From: Vulcanimicrobiota bacterium
GTDB taxonomy: Bacteria; Vulcanimicrobiota; Xenobia; Xenobiales; JADMJV01
Assembly (NCBI GenBank): GCA_050250895.1
Contig: JBFWNU010000002.1
Span: forward strand, 375,575-439,574
Length of the DNA stretch: 64,000 nt
Direction: 5' to 3'
Shown: positions 1 to 7,998 of the stretch, in pieces
Layout: each line of letters begins with the position of its first letter
How positions within the stretch are numbered: the first letter of the stretch is position 1
The notes under the pieces: model-generated
Seen by the model: the letters and a program-made list of their open reading frames with translations, nothing else
What the model was told of the DNA's origin: nothing
Database searches by the model: none
Position numbers and translations under genes: made by a program

Positions 1-1285
1 CCTCTTTCAGGGCGAGAAAGAGATTCGGGCCCGCAACTGGCAAGAGCTACCCATCGACCCCACCGGCGTCGAGGCGGTGGTGCTCACCCACGCTCACATC
101 GACCATACCGGCTACCTACCTCGCTTCACCCGCGATGGTTTTGACGGCCCCATTCATTGCACCGACGGCACCAAAGAGTTGACCGAGTTGCTGCTTCGCG
201 ATTCGGCTCGCTTGCAAGAAGAGCAAGCCAACTTCATGAACCGTAAGCGCCTGTCGAAGCACAAGCCGGCTCTGCCGCTGTATTCGATCGTCGACGCCGA
301 AGACTGTCTGCGCCACCTCGAGTCCCATCCCTATCACCAGCCTTTCGAAGTCGTGCCCGGAGTCACGGTGACCTACTCTGACGCTGGACACATCCTCGGT
401 TCCGCCTGGTTGGCGCTCGACATCGGCCCCCACCGTATCGTGTTTTCGGGCGACCTGGGCCGGCGCGAGGCCCCGATCCTACGCGATCCCGAGCCACCCG
501 GCCGAGCCGACTACCTGATTCTCGAATCGACCTATGGCGATCGTCTGCACGGCGAGCACGACATCGAAGGCAACCTGATGCAAATCATCCGCCGCACCGT
601 CGACCGCCGCGGGGTGCTGGTCATACCGGCTTTCGCCGTCGAGCGCACCCAGGAGATTCTCTATATTCTCAACGGCCTGGCACGCAGCCACGGCATGCCG
701 CGCATCCAGGTCTTCATCGACTCGCCGATGGCGGTGCGGGCCACCCGAACCTTCCGCAAGTTCCCTCAGTATTACGACGAAGAGGCGTTCGCCCGGGTGG
801 CCAACGGCGACGATTTGCTCGATTTTCCCAATCTCAAGTTGTGCGAGTCGGTGGCCGAGTCGAAGGCGATCCTCAATTATAAGCCGCCCTTCATCGTCAT
901 CTCGGCCAGCGGCATGGCCACCGGCGGTCGCATCCTCCATCACCTCAGGAATTATCTTCCTGATGCCCGCAACCAGGTGCTGCTGGTTGGTTATCAGTCG
1001 GTGGGGTCGCGTGGCTGGCGATTGCAGAATGGCGAGGACCGCATCAAGATTTTCGGCGAGTGGGTGCCAGTCAAAGCCTCGGTCGACAAGCTCGAGGGCT
1101 TTTCCGGCCACGCCGACTACGAGGAAATCGATCTCTGGCTCCAGGGGCTCGAAGGAACCCCGCAAACGACCTTTCTCACCCACGGCGACCCTTCCGCCCT
1201 CGAGGCTCAGCGAGCGCGTCTGGCCGGTCGCGGCTGGCACGTGGTCGTCCCAGAGCATCTTCAAGAAGTGGAACTGCCCCTGTGA
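1..1285 (+). CDS. MBL-fold/beta-CASP RNA-processing metallo-hydrolase (5'-truncated by window edge)
   Basis: THAHIDH, AGHILGS, FSGDLG, ESTYG, SASGM, FSGHAD motifs; frame open to base 2 (LFQGEKEIRARNW). Confidence 0.92.
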   Translation, partial: LFQGEKEIRARNWQELPIDPTGVEAVVLTHAHIDHTGYLPRFTRDGFDGPIHCTDGTKELTELLLRDSARLQEEQANFMNRKRLSKHKPALPLYSIVDAEDCLRHLESHPYHQPFEVVPGVTVTYSDAGHILGSAWLALDIGPHRIVFSGDLGRREAPILRDPEPPGRADYLILESTYGDRLHGEHDIEGNLMQIIRRTVDRRGVLVIPAFAVERTQEILYILNGLARSHGMPRIQVFIDSPMAVRATRTFRKFPQYYDEEAFARVANGDDLLDFPNLKLCESVAESKAILNYKPPFIVISASGMATGGRILHHLRNYLPDARNQVLLVGYQSVGSRGWRLQNGEDRIKIFGEWVPVKASVDKLEGFSGHADYEEIDLWLQGLEGTPQTTFLTHGDPSALEAQRARLAGRGWHVVVPEHLQEVELPL

Positions 1286-2100
1286 TCTTCTTTGGCGCCC
1301 AACCTCCGGGACCCAATTCGGGTTGCCATCTCTATGGTTTGCCCTTCGAATCACCCGGTGATTGCCGGGGCGGGGCCTCGGCCGGCACCCGCTCGGTGCG
1401 CGAAGCCTCGTCTTTGCTCGAGACCTACGTGCCGCGCTACGGGCGCGATTTTCTCGACCTGAAGGTGGCCGATCACGGCGATCTCGACTGCTCGAGCTTT
1501 GACCAGATGCGCGCCAGCCTCGAGCAAATCGAGCCCCGACCCATCTTCCTGGGCGGCGACCACACGATCGCCGAGGCCACGGTCGAGGCGGTGGCTCGCG
1601 CTCACCCCGACCTGGTGGTACTGACTTTTGATGCCCATCTCGATGCCTTCGATGTCTATGAGGGCGACCGGCATGCCCACGCCACCTGGGTTCGCCGGGT
1701 GGGCGAGCAGCTGGGCCGTGGACGCGTCTGGGTGATCGGTATTCGGGCCTATACCCGCGAGGAAGAGGACTACGTTCGCCACCACCAGCGCATGCTGCCC
1801 CTCCACGAGGTCGACCTCGAGACGGCTACGCGGGCGGCCGTGGCCGAGATCGGCGACCGGCCCGTCTACATCAGCATCGATGTCGATGTGCTCGATCCCG
1901 CCTATGCGCCCGGCGTGGGCAACCCCGAAGGGCTGGGAGCCACCAACCGTGAGCTGTGGAAGGCAATCGAACTGTGCGCTGGCCTGAACGTCGTAGCCTT
2001 CGACGTGCTCGAGGTCATCCCCCGACTCGACACCAGCCTGCGCACCTCGGTCATCGCCGCCGAACTCCTCCGCGATTGCAGCCTTCTCTGGTATAGCTAG
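1282..2100 (+). CDS. speB: Agmatinase (ureohydrolase family)
   Basis: GGDH, DAHLD, DVDVLDP motifs; GTG start overlaps upstream stop (GTGA); adjacent to speE. Confidence 0.85.
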   Translation: MIFFGAQPPGPNSGCHLYGLPFESPGDCRGGASAGTRSVREASSLLETYVPRYGRDFLDLKVADHGDLDCSSFDQMRASLEQIEPRPIFLGGDHTIAEATVEAVARAHPDLVVLTFDAHLDAFDVYEGDRHAHATWVRRVGEQLGRGRVWVIGIRAYTREEEDYVRHHQRMLPLHEVDLETATRAAVAEIGDRPVYISIDVDVLDPAYAPGVGNPEGLGATNRELWKAIELCAGLNVVAFDVLEVIPRLDTSLRTSVIAAELLRDCSLLWYS

Positions 2101-2121
2101 CGGCCTCCGGGCCCCTGGGAG

Positions 2122-2193
2122 CTCTCCCCGTCGGCCACAGGCCGACATCTCCGCGCGTAGCGCACGGCTCCTTTTCCCGGCGCAGCCGCTCCC
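2122..2193 (+). repeat. Short chain of triloop mini-hairpins (same family as 20081-20762)
   Basis: GTCGGCC-ACA-GGCCGAC, GCGC-GTA-GCGC, CGGC-GCA-GCCG separated by CTCC-type pyrimidine linkers. Confidence 0.55.
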
Positions 2194-2232
2194 GGGGGGG
2201 ATAAGTCCGGACGATGGCGTATTGGCCGCGCT

Positions 2233-3090
2233 ATGGATTTGTGGTTTACCGAAGACTATCACGACGGCTGGGAACTCTCGGTTAGGGTCAACGAGGTGTT
2301 GGTTACCGAGACCAGTCCTTATCAGCGCATCGACATTCTCCAAACCCGAGACTTCGGGCGGATGCTGGTGCTCGACGGCAAGGTGCAGGCCTGCGAACTC
2401 GACGAGTTCATCTATCACGAGATGATGGCTCACGTAACCCTATTGACCCATCCCAATCCCCGTCGGGTGTTGGTGGCCGGGGGCGGCGATGGGGGAGCCA
2501 TGCGCGAGGTCATGCGCCATCCCAGCGTCGAGCGCGGCGTGCTGGTGGATATCGACGAGCGGGTTATTCAGCTGTGCAACCAGTTCATGCCAACTCTCTC
2601 TGAGGGCCTGGCCAGAGAGCCCCGGCTGGTGACCGCCCCGGCCGATGCGGCCGAGTATCTGCGCAAGGCTCGTGACCTGGATGTCATCCTGGTCGACTCG
2701 AGCGACCCGGTGGGTCCCTCCGAGGCGCTCTTTCAGATGGATTTCTATCGCAGCCTCAAGAACGCCCTGGCTCCCGGCGGCATGGTCTGCCTACAGGCGG
2801 GCTCGCCCTTCTTCTATCGCGACCAGATCGTGACGATGGTGCGCCAGTTGCGCGAGGTCTTTCCGGTGGTGCGACTGGGTATCATTCCGGTGCCTACCTA
2901 TCCCAGTGGTAACTGGTGTTTGGCTTTCGCTTCGCTAGAGACCGATCCGGGCTCCATCGACGCTGGCCTGCTCGAGCGTCGTCAGCGCGAGCGCGGCTTC
3001 ACCACCCGCTACTACACCCCCCAGATGCATCACGCCGCCATGGTCCTGCCGCCGTTTTTGAGCGAGCGTCTCGAGCCGGTGCCGGTCTGA
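2233..3090 (+). CDS. speE: Polyamine aminopropyltransferase (spermidine synthase)
   Basis: LWFTE, SPYQ.I, DEFIYHEMMAH, GGGDGG, DSSDP motifs. Confidence 0.95.
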   Translation: MDLWFTEDYHDGWELSVRVNEVLVTETSPYQRIDILQTRDFGRMLVLDGKVQACELDEFIYHEMMAHVTLLTHPNPRRVLVAGGGDGGAMREVMRHPSVERGVLVDIDERVIQLCNQFMPTLSEGLAREPRLVTAPADAAEYLRKARDLDVILVDSSDPVGPSEALFQMDFYRSLKNALAPGGMVCLQAGSPFFYRDQIVTMVRQLREVFPVVRLGIIPVPTYPSGNWCLAFASLETDPGSIDAGLLERRQRERGFTTRYYTPQMHHAAMVLPPFLSERLEPVPV

Positions 3091-3617
3091 GTATCGATTG
3101 GGTCATTCTCGACCGTGACGGGACCATTATCCACGACCGGCACTATCTGAGTGATCCGGCTCTGGTCGAGTTCTTGCCCGGGGCCGTCGAGGGATTGACC
3201 CGGTTGAAGCAGTTGGGGCTGCCCCTGGTGGTGGTGACCAACCAGTCTGGCCTCGGCCGGGGCTATTTCAACCAGCAGGCCTTCGAAGCCGTGCACGCCC
3301 GCTTCGAGGCTTTGCTGGCCGAGCAAGACCTGAGCCTGGCCGGCATGTTTTATTGCCCGCATCATCCCCAGGCGGATTGTCCGTGCCGTAAGCCGGCCCC
3401 CGGGCTGGGGCTCGAGGCTGCCCGCCAATTGGGGCTGACGCCCGAGCGGGCCCTGGTGGTGGGCGATAAAGAGTCGGATGTCGAATTTGGACGCAACCTG
3501 GGGGCGGCCATGACTTGCCTGGTGGGGTCCGGGCCCAGCCAGGCCGATCATTGCGTGAGCGACTTAGGTGCGCTGGCCGCTCTGATTGACGCGCGGGCCG
3601 GGCACGACCGGGTCTGA
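3087..3617 (+). CDS. gmhB: HAD-IIIA D-glycero-D-manno-heptose-1,7-bisphosphate phosphatase; probable CTG start
   Basis: LDRDGT, VTNQSG, CPHHP..CPCRKP, VGDK.SD motifs. Confidence 0.88.
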   Translation: MSIDWVILDRDGTIIHDRHYLSDPALVEFLPGAVEGLTRLKQLGLPLVVVTNQSGLGRGYFNQQAFEAVHARFEALLAEQDLSLAGMFYCPHHPQADCPCRKPAPGLGLEAARQLGLTPERALVVGDKESDVEFGRNLGAAMTCLVGSGPSQADHCVSDLGALAALIDARAGHDRV

Positions 3618-5651
3618 ATAAATCCACTCTCCGCGCACCACTTCGACCACGTAGATCGGGCGGGCTTCGAGTACCTGACCCGGTGAGAACTTGCCGGTAA
3701 CTCCTTCGGAGACGGTGGTGCGCATGACCTGACCGAGGGTCTTGGGATCGGTACCCTGCTCTTCGAGCAAGCGAGCCACCATTTCCAGGGCGTCATAAGC
3801 CTGAGCGGCCCGGATCGAGGGGATGCGGTTGGCGAACATCCGCTTGTATTCTTCGAGGAACGGTCCGGGGACAGGCTTGAACTGGGTGGTGATGACCACC
3901 CCCTCGGGAGCGTCGGGCTCGAAAGGAGCGATCTCGGTGGCGATGGCCGGGTCGAGCCCCTCCTCGCGCACCTTGCGCACAATCTCGCGCACCAGACCGC
4001 CGCGATAGTCCGACACGAACAGCAGCTTGGGAGGGTCAGCCACCAGCGCCGCGACGCAAGGCGCGAAATCCTGGTCGCGATAGCCCAGCTCGCGGTCGAG
4101 CTTGCCGCCGCCGAGCTCGAACTGCTGCACGAATTCATCGGCCATGCTGCGACAGACCACGTCTTGCTCGTTGAAGACCACCGAGACCTGCTCGAATCCC
4201 TCGCGCCGGAAGTGGTCCGCCAGGGCCCGCACGCGCCGGGTGTCGGGGTCGGCCGTCGAAAAGACGTAGGGCCCGGCGTCAAACACCCGGGGGTCCGAAG
4301 AAACCGGGGTCAATAGAGGCACCTGAGCGTTGTTGAAAAGCTGGGCCACGGCCAGGGTGTGCTGGGAGGAGTACATCCCCAGGCAGAGGGGATAAGCCTT
4401 GTCGCGCAAGATGGTCTGGGCGTAGCTGATTGCCTTGTCGACCTGAGCCTGGTCATTGAAGACGTCGAGCACCACCGGCAACCCGCGCACACCGCCCCGG
4501 CGGTTGATCTCGGCCTGGGCCAGGGCATAGCCGTAGAGCAACTCGTAGCCTCCGCCGGCCCGGTCGGTCAGGGTCGTGACCACGGGGATCTTCTGATACT
4601 TCTGCCCGGCCACCCGGGCATAGCCGTTCTGCAGCAAGATATGGGCCAGGCCGTCGAGGGGGTCGCGGGTGACCAGGTCGTTGAGGATGGCGATGGCCTC
4701 TTCATACTCGCCCCGGGCCAGCAAGAGTTCGGCCCGGTCGCGGTCGGCCGCCCCGGGCGAGGCGAAGCTGGAGGAGTCCTTGTGCTGGCGGTTGAGCCAG
4801 AGGGCCGCCCCCAGCACCAGGCCGACCAGCAGGATGGCTCCGAGGAGCAAGGGCACCCGGCGGGGCAGCCGCCGCTGAGCCCGGGCCCCGGCCAGCAACT
4901 CTTCGAGCCGTAAGGTGACCGAATCAGCACTGGGAAAGCGTTTCTCTGGCTTGGGCTCGAGGCAGCGCTCGACCAGAGCGACGGTGCCGCGGGACAGCTG
5001 CGGGGCCAGTCTGGACAGGTTGTTGTGACCGGTCGGATTGGGAGCTTTGCCGGTCAGGGCGAAAAAGAGCGTGGCTCCGAGTGAATAGAGATCCGAGCGG
5101 GGGTCCTCGGAACCGCCCTCCAGGTGCTGCTCGGGCGGGGTAAAGGCCACCGCACCGCGCGATTGGGTGCCTCTCTGGCCCGGCTCGAGGTAGCGGGCCA
5201 GACCGAAGTCCACCAGCTTGATATGGCGGTCGGGAGTCACGATCACCCGCTCGGGGCGAAGGTCGCGAAAAAGAACCGGCTTGGGCAGGCTGTGCAGATA
5301 ACCGAGCACACGAGAGATCTGCACCGCCCAGCGCAGGGCCTCGAATTCGTTGATCGGACCCTCTTTAGCCACCGTGGTGGTCAGGTTCTCGCCCTCGACG
5401 AATTCGAGCACCAGAAAATTCTCGTCGTTTTCGGCGAAGTGGTCGATGACGGCCGGCAAGTTGCGGTGACGCAGTCCGAGCATGATCTCGACCTCGCGCC
5501 CCAGGGCCGGGCCCGAGGTCATCTTTTTGACAGCCCACTGCTTGCCGGGAAGATGCAAGTCTTTGCACAGGTGAACGCTACCCGTCTCGCCCTGGCCCAG
5601 GTATTCGAGCACCTCGTAGCGGCCCTGCAAGATGCGCCCCGTTTCCATCAA
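3564..5651 (-). CDS. Ser/Thr protein kinase-TM-TPR-periplasmic binding protein (LivJ/PBP1-type) fusion
   Basis: GQGETG, AVKK, RDLRP, DFG, PPEQ; hydrophobic TM; 'AQAEINRRGGVRG' PBP1 signature. Confidence 0.85.
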   Translation of the reverse strand: MMETGRILQGRYEVLEYLGQGETGSVHLCKDLHLPGKQWAVKKMTSGPALGREVEIMLGLRHRNLPAVIDHFAENDENFLVLEFVEGENLTTTVAKEGPINEFEALRWAVQISRVLGYLHSLPKPVLFRDLRPERVIVTPDRHIKLVDFGLARYLEPGQRGTQSRGAVAFTPPEQHLEGGSEDPRSDLYSLGATLFFALTGKAPNPTGHNNLSRLAPQLSRGTVALVERCLEPKPEKRFPSADSVTLRLEELLAGARAQRRLPRRVPLLLGAILLVGLVLGAALWLNRQHKDSSSFASPGAADRDRAELLLARGEYEEAIAILNDLVTRDPLDGLAHILLQNGYARVAGQKYQKIPVVTTLTDRAGGGYELLYGYALAQAEINRRGGVRGLPVVLDVFNDQAQVDKAISYAQTILRDKAYPLCLGMYSSQHTLAVAQLFNNAQVPLLTPVSSDPRVFDAGPYVFSTADPDTRRVRALADHFRREGFEQVSVVFNEQDVVCRSMADEFVQQFELGGGKLDRELGYRDQDFAPCVAALVADPPKLLFVSDYRGGLVREIVRKVREEGLDPAIATEIAPFEPDAPEGVVITTQFKPVPGPFLEEYKRMFANRIPSIRAAQAYDALEMVARLLEEQGTDPKTLGQVMRTTVSEGVTGKFSPGQVLEARPIYVVEVVRGEWIYSDPVVPGPRVNQSGQRT

Positions 5652-6202
5652 GCGGTCAGTTCTCCATAGAGCCAGCAGCCAGGCGCGTCGGCGTCGTCAC
5701 CGAGGTGAAACTCGGCCGCCAGTTGCAGCGCCTCGTCCCACGAGATATGTCCGTCGCCATTGAGATCCAGCCTGGAGAAGATGGTGTCGACATCTTCGCT
5801 CAGGCCGTGAGCCTCTAGAAAGGTCTGATAGTCGGCCTTGCAGATCCGTCCGTCCGAGTCGATATCGAGGGCCTCGAACAGGGCTCGGGCGAACTGCTCG
5901 AACCAGGCCGGTACCGAGTCGCTGGTGGGCAGTTGCTGGTAGAAATTTTCCCAGGTAGTGAGCCACTCGGTTTGGGTGACCATGCCGTCGCCATTGATGT
6001 CGGCGGTCGATTGCAACGATTCCCAATTCTTGGCCAACATGGTCTGCAGCCGCTGATAGTCGGGATGGTCCTGGCCCCAGCCTCGACGCTGGCTCAAGAA
6101 CTCGAGCACGCGGCGATAGTCCTCTAGTTCGATGACCCCGTTGCCGTCGACATCGGTAACCGCGAACAGCTTCAACAGTTTGCGCCGGCGCAGAGGGCTC
6201 AC
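5648..6202 (-). CDS. EF-hand calcium-binding protein (calerythrin/SCP-like, 4 EF loops)
   Basis: DVDGNGVIELED, DINGDGMVTQTE, DIDSDGRICKAD, DLNGDGHISWDE; GTG start overlaps trmB stop. Confidence 0.9.
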   Translation of the reverse strand: MSPLRRRKLLKLFAVTDVDGNGVIELEDYRRVLEFLSQRRGWGQDHPDYQRLQTMLAKNWESLQSTADINGDGMVTQTEWLTTWENFYQQLPTSDSVPAWFEQFARALFEALDIDSDGRICKADYQTFLEAHGLSEDVDTIFSRLDLNGDGHISWDEALQLAAEFHLGDDADAPGCWLYGELTA

Positions 6203-7116
6203 GGCACCATCGCCTTCGCTACGCGGTCCAGGGCCATCTGCACGCTGGCCAGCGGAACCACCTGGCAGCCCGGGGCCGGAGCCACCCACCACTGGTCCTT
6301 TTTCCGTCGAATCTCGATCCAGAAGTGTTGGGTGAATTCGTCCTCGACCGTGATCACCTCTTGCAGACCTCGCTCCGCTGAGGCATCGTAGACAAACGAC
6401 TTGAACTCGACCGTCATGGAGCCGTGCAGATCGTCGGGCTGATAGCGCTCTGGCGCGAAGCTCGGGCAGCGTAGTCTTTCCAGGGTAACCTCCTGCGGAG
6501 CGTTGATTTCGAAGTGTTCGGTCTTGGTCAGGTCGAGTCGGTAGAATTCGACCTGACCCCCTTCTTGCCATTTCCGCTCGTACTTCGTGTGGTGCTCGGG
6601 CCCGATGGCGGTCACCGTGGCGGCAAAACCTCCTCCGGGCGCCTCGTCGACGATCTCGTCGCGATAGACGGCATGGTCGGTGACCACCGTCAGCGAGCCG
6701 TCGGGCCGTAGGCGGCTGTTCACCAATTGCAGAAACTGGTGGCGAAAGAGACGATTCTTGGCGTGGCGTTTCTTGGGCCAGGGGCAGGGAAACAGCGCGT
6801 AGACGCGGTCGATGCTGGCCGGGGCGAAGGCAAAGGCCAGGGCCGCCCGGGCGTCCTCCCACAGCAGGCGGGCGTTGCCGACCTGCTCCTGGTGCAGCTT
6901 GCGCAGGGTCCGTCGCAGCGAGCCCCAGGTCAGTTCGATGCCGACCAGGTTGAGTTCGGGATGGGAGGCTGCGCGGCGCACGAGATACTCGCCGTTGCCG
7001 AAGCCGATCTCGACCTCGAGGCGGGCCTGGCGGCCGAACTCGGTCGACCAATCGAGCGGTCGGGAACGCTCTTTCCAGGCCACCATGGGGGCCAGTGCCA
7101 GATAACGAGCCTTCAT
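6199..7116 (-). CDS. trmB: tRNA (guanine-N7)-methyltransferase with C-terminal extension
   Basis: EIGFGNG, GIE, FPCPWPKKRH, TD, TKYERKW motifs. Confidence 0.9.
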   Translation of the reverse strand: MKARYLALAPMVAWKERSRPLDWSTEFGRQARLEVEIGFGNGEYLVRRAASHPELNLVGIELTWGSLRRTLRKLHQEQVGNARLLWEDARAALAFAFAPASIDRVYALFPCPWPKKRHAKNRLFRHQFLQLVNSRLRPDGSLTVVTDHAVYRDEIVDEAPGGGFAATVTAIGPEHHTKYERKWQEGGQVEFYRLDLTKTEHFEINAPQEVTLERLRCPSFAPERYQPDDLHGSMTVEFKSFVYDASAERGLQEVITVEDEFTQHFWIEIRRKKDQWWVAPAPGCQVVPLASVQMALDRVAKAMVP

Positions 7117-7180
7117 GGCCCACACGTTCTCCCCGTCACGGTTTCAACCATTTTTCAGCTCGCAAGTTTACCTTCGGAGT

Positions 7181-7996
7181 ATGCAAGTCTCGACTGCAGT
7201 GGCTCAAACCGTGGCTGGCGGTCTGGCGCGTTTCTGTCAATATGGCGCCAACCCGTCCGAGATCAAGGCCGTGGCCGGCGAGCTGGCCGAACTGGCCCGG
7301 GGTGGCGATCAGCTTCAAGAGGCCTCGGCGCGGGTCAAGACCGCCTTCCTCGAGGACAATTTCCAGCCCACACCCGACTACCGCGTTCGTGACAAAGTGG
7401 CCGAAAATGCCCAGCTAATGGCTCGTCTCAAGGAGTCTGGCCAGAATATCGACCCGGCCGCCCTGGACAAGCTCAAGGCCATCGGCGAGAAAGCTGCCGC
7501 CCAGATCGCCGACACCAGCCAGGCCATCGCCAATCAGACCCTGGCCATGGGTCTGATGGCCGGGGCTCTCGACGCGGTCCTCATCGCTGTGCTTTCCCAG
7601 CCGGGGGGCGTCGCCGAGCCTACGCTGCTGCCCCCGGTCTCGTCCCGAATCGGCGAGAAACTGGTCGAAACCCTTGGGGACCCCGACAAAGCGGCTGCCC
7701 GGCTCGAGTATTTCACCGCCAACGGCGGTCAGGTCAACCAGGTAGTGGCCTTCCACAACCTGTCGGCCGAAGCCCAGCAAGAGCGAATGGCCAGCGATTT
7801 TACCACCGAAGCTGGCTTTCGAGGGGCCAACCTGCGCCTTTTTGCCGACGCCTACCATCTGGGTCTCAACGCGGCTTTTGACGGTCTGCCTGAGGTTCGC
7901 GACACGCTGCCGGCGGTGGCTGCGCCCCAGACCGACCTCAAGGTGGGCACCGACGGTTTCACCGTGGGCGATACCGACCTCGAAATCAACTGGTAG
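7181..7996 (+). CDS. Hypothetical protein
   Basis: Long ORF with typical codon use; GGAG directly upstream; no recognised domain. Confidence 0.7.
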   Translation: MQVSTAVAQTVAGGLARFCQYGANPSEIKAVAGELAELARGGDQLQEASARVKTAFLEDNFQPTPDYRVRDKVAENAQLMARLKESGQNIDPAALDKLKAIGEKAAAQIADTSQAIANQTLAMGLMAGALDAVLIAVLSQPGGVAEPTLLPPVSSRIGEKLVETLGDPDKAAARLEYFTANGGQVNQVVAFHNLSAEAQQERMASDFTTEAGFRGANLRLFADAYHLGLNAAFDGLPEVRDTLPAVAAPQTDLKVGTDGFTVGDTDLEINW

Positions 7997-7998
7997 AC

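Noticed and set aside
5648-7123. 491-aa EF-hand protein as given by the ORF track
   Set aside because: The first ~307 codons overlap trmB in another frame; the real gene starts at GTG 6202.
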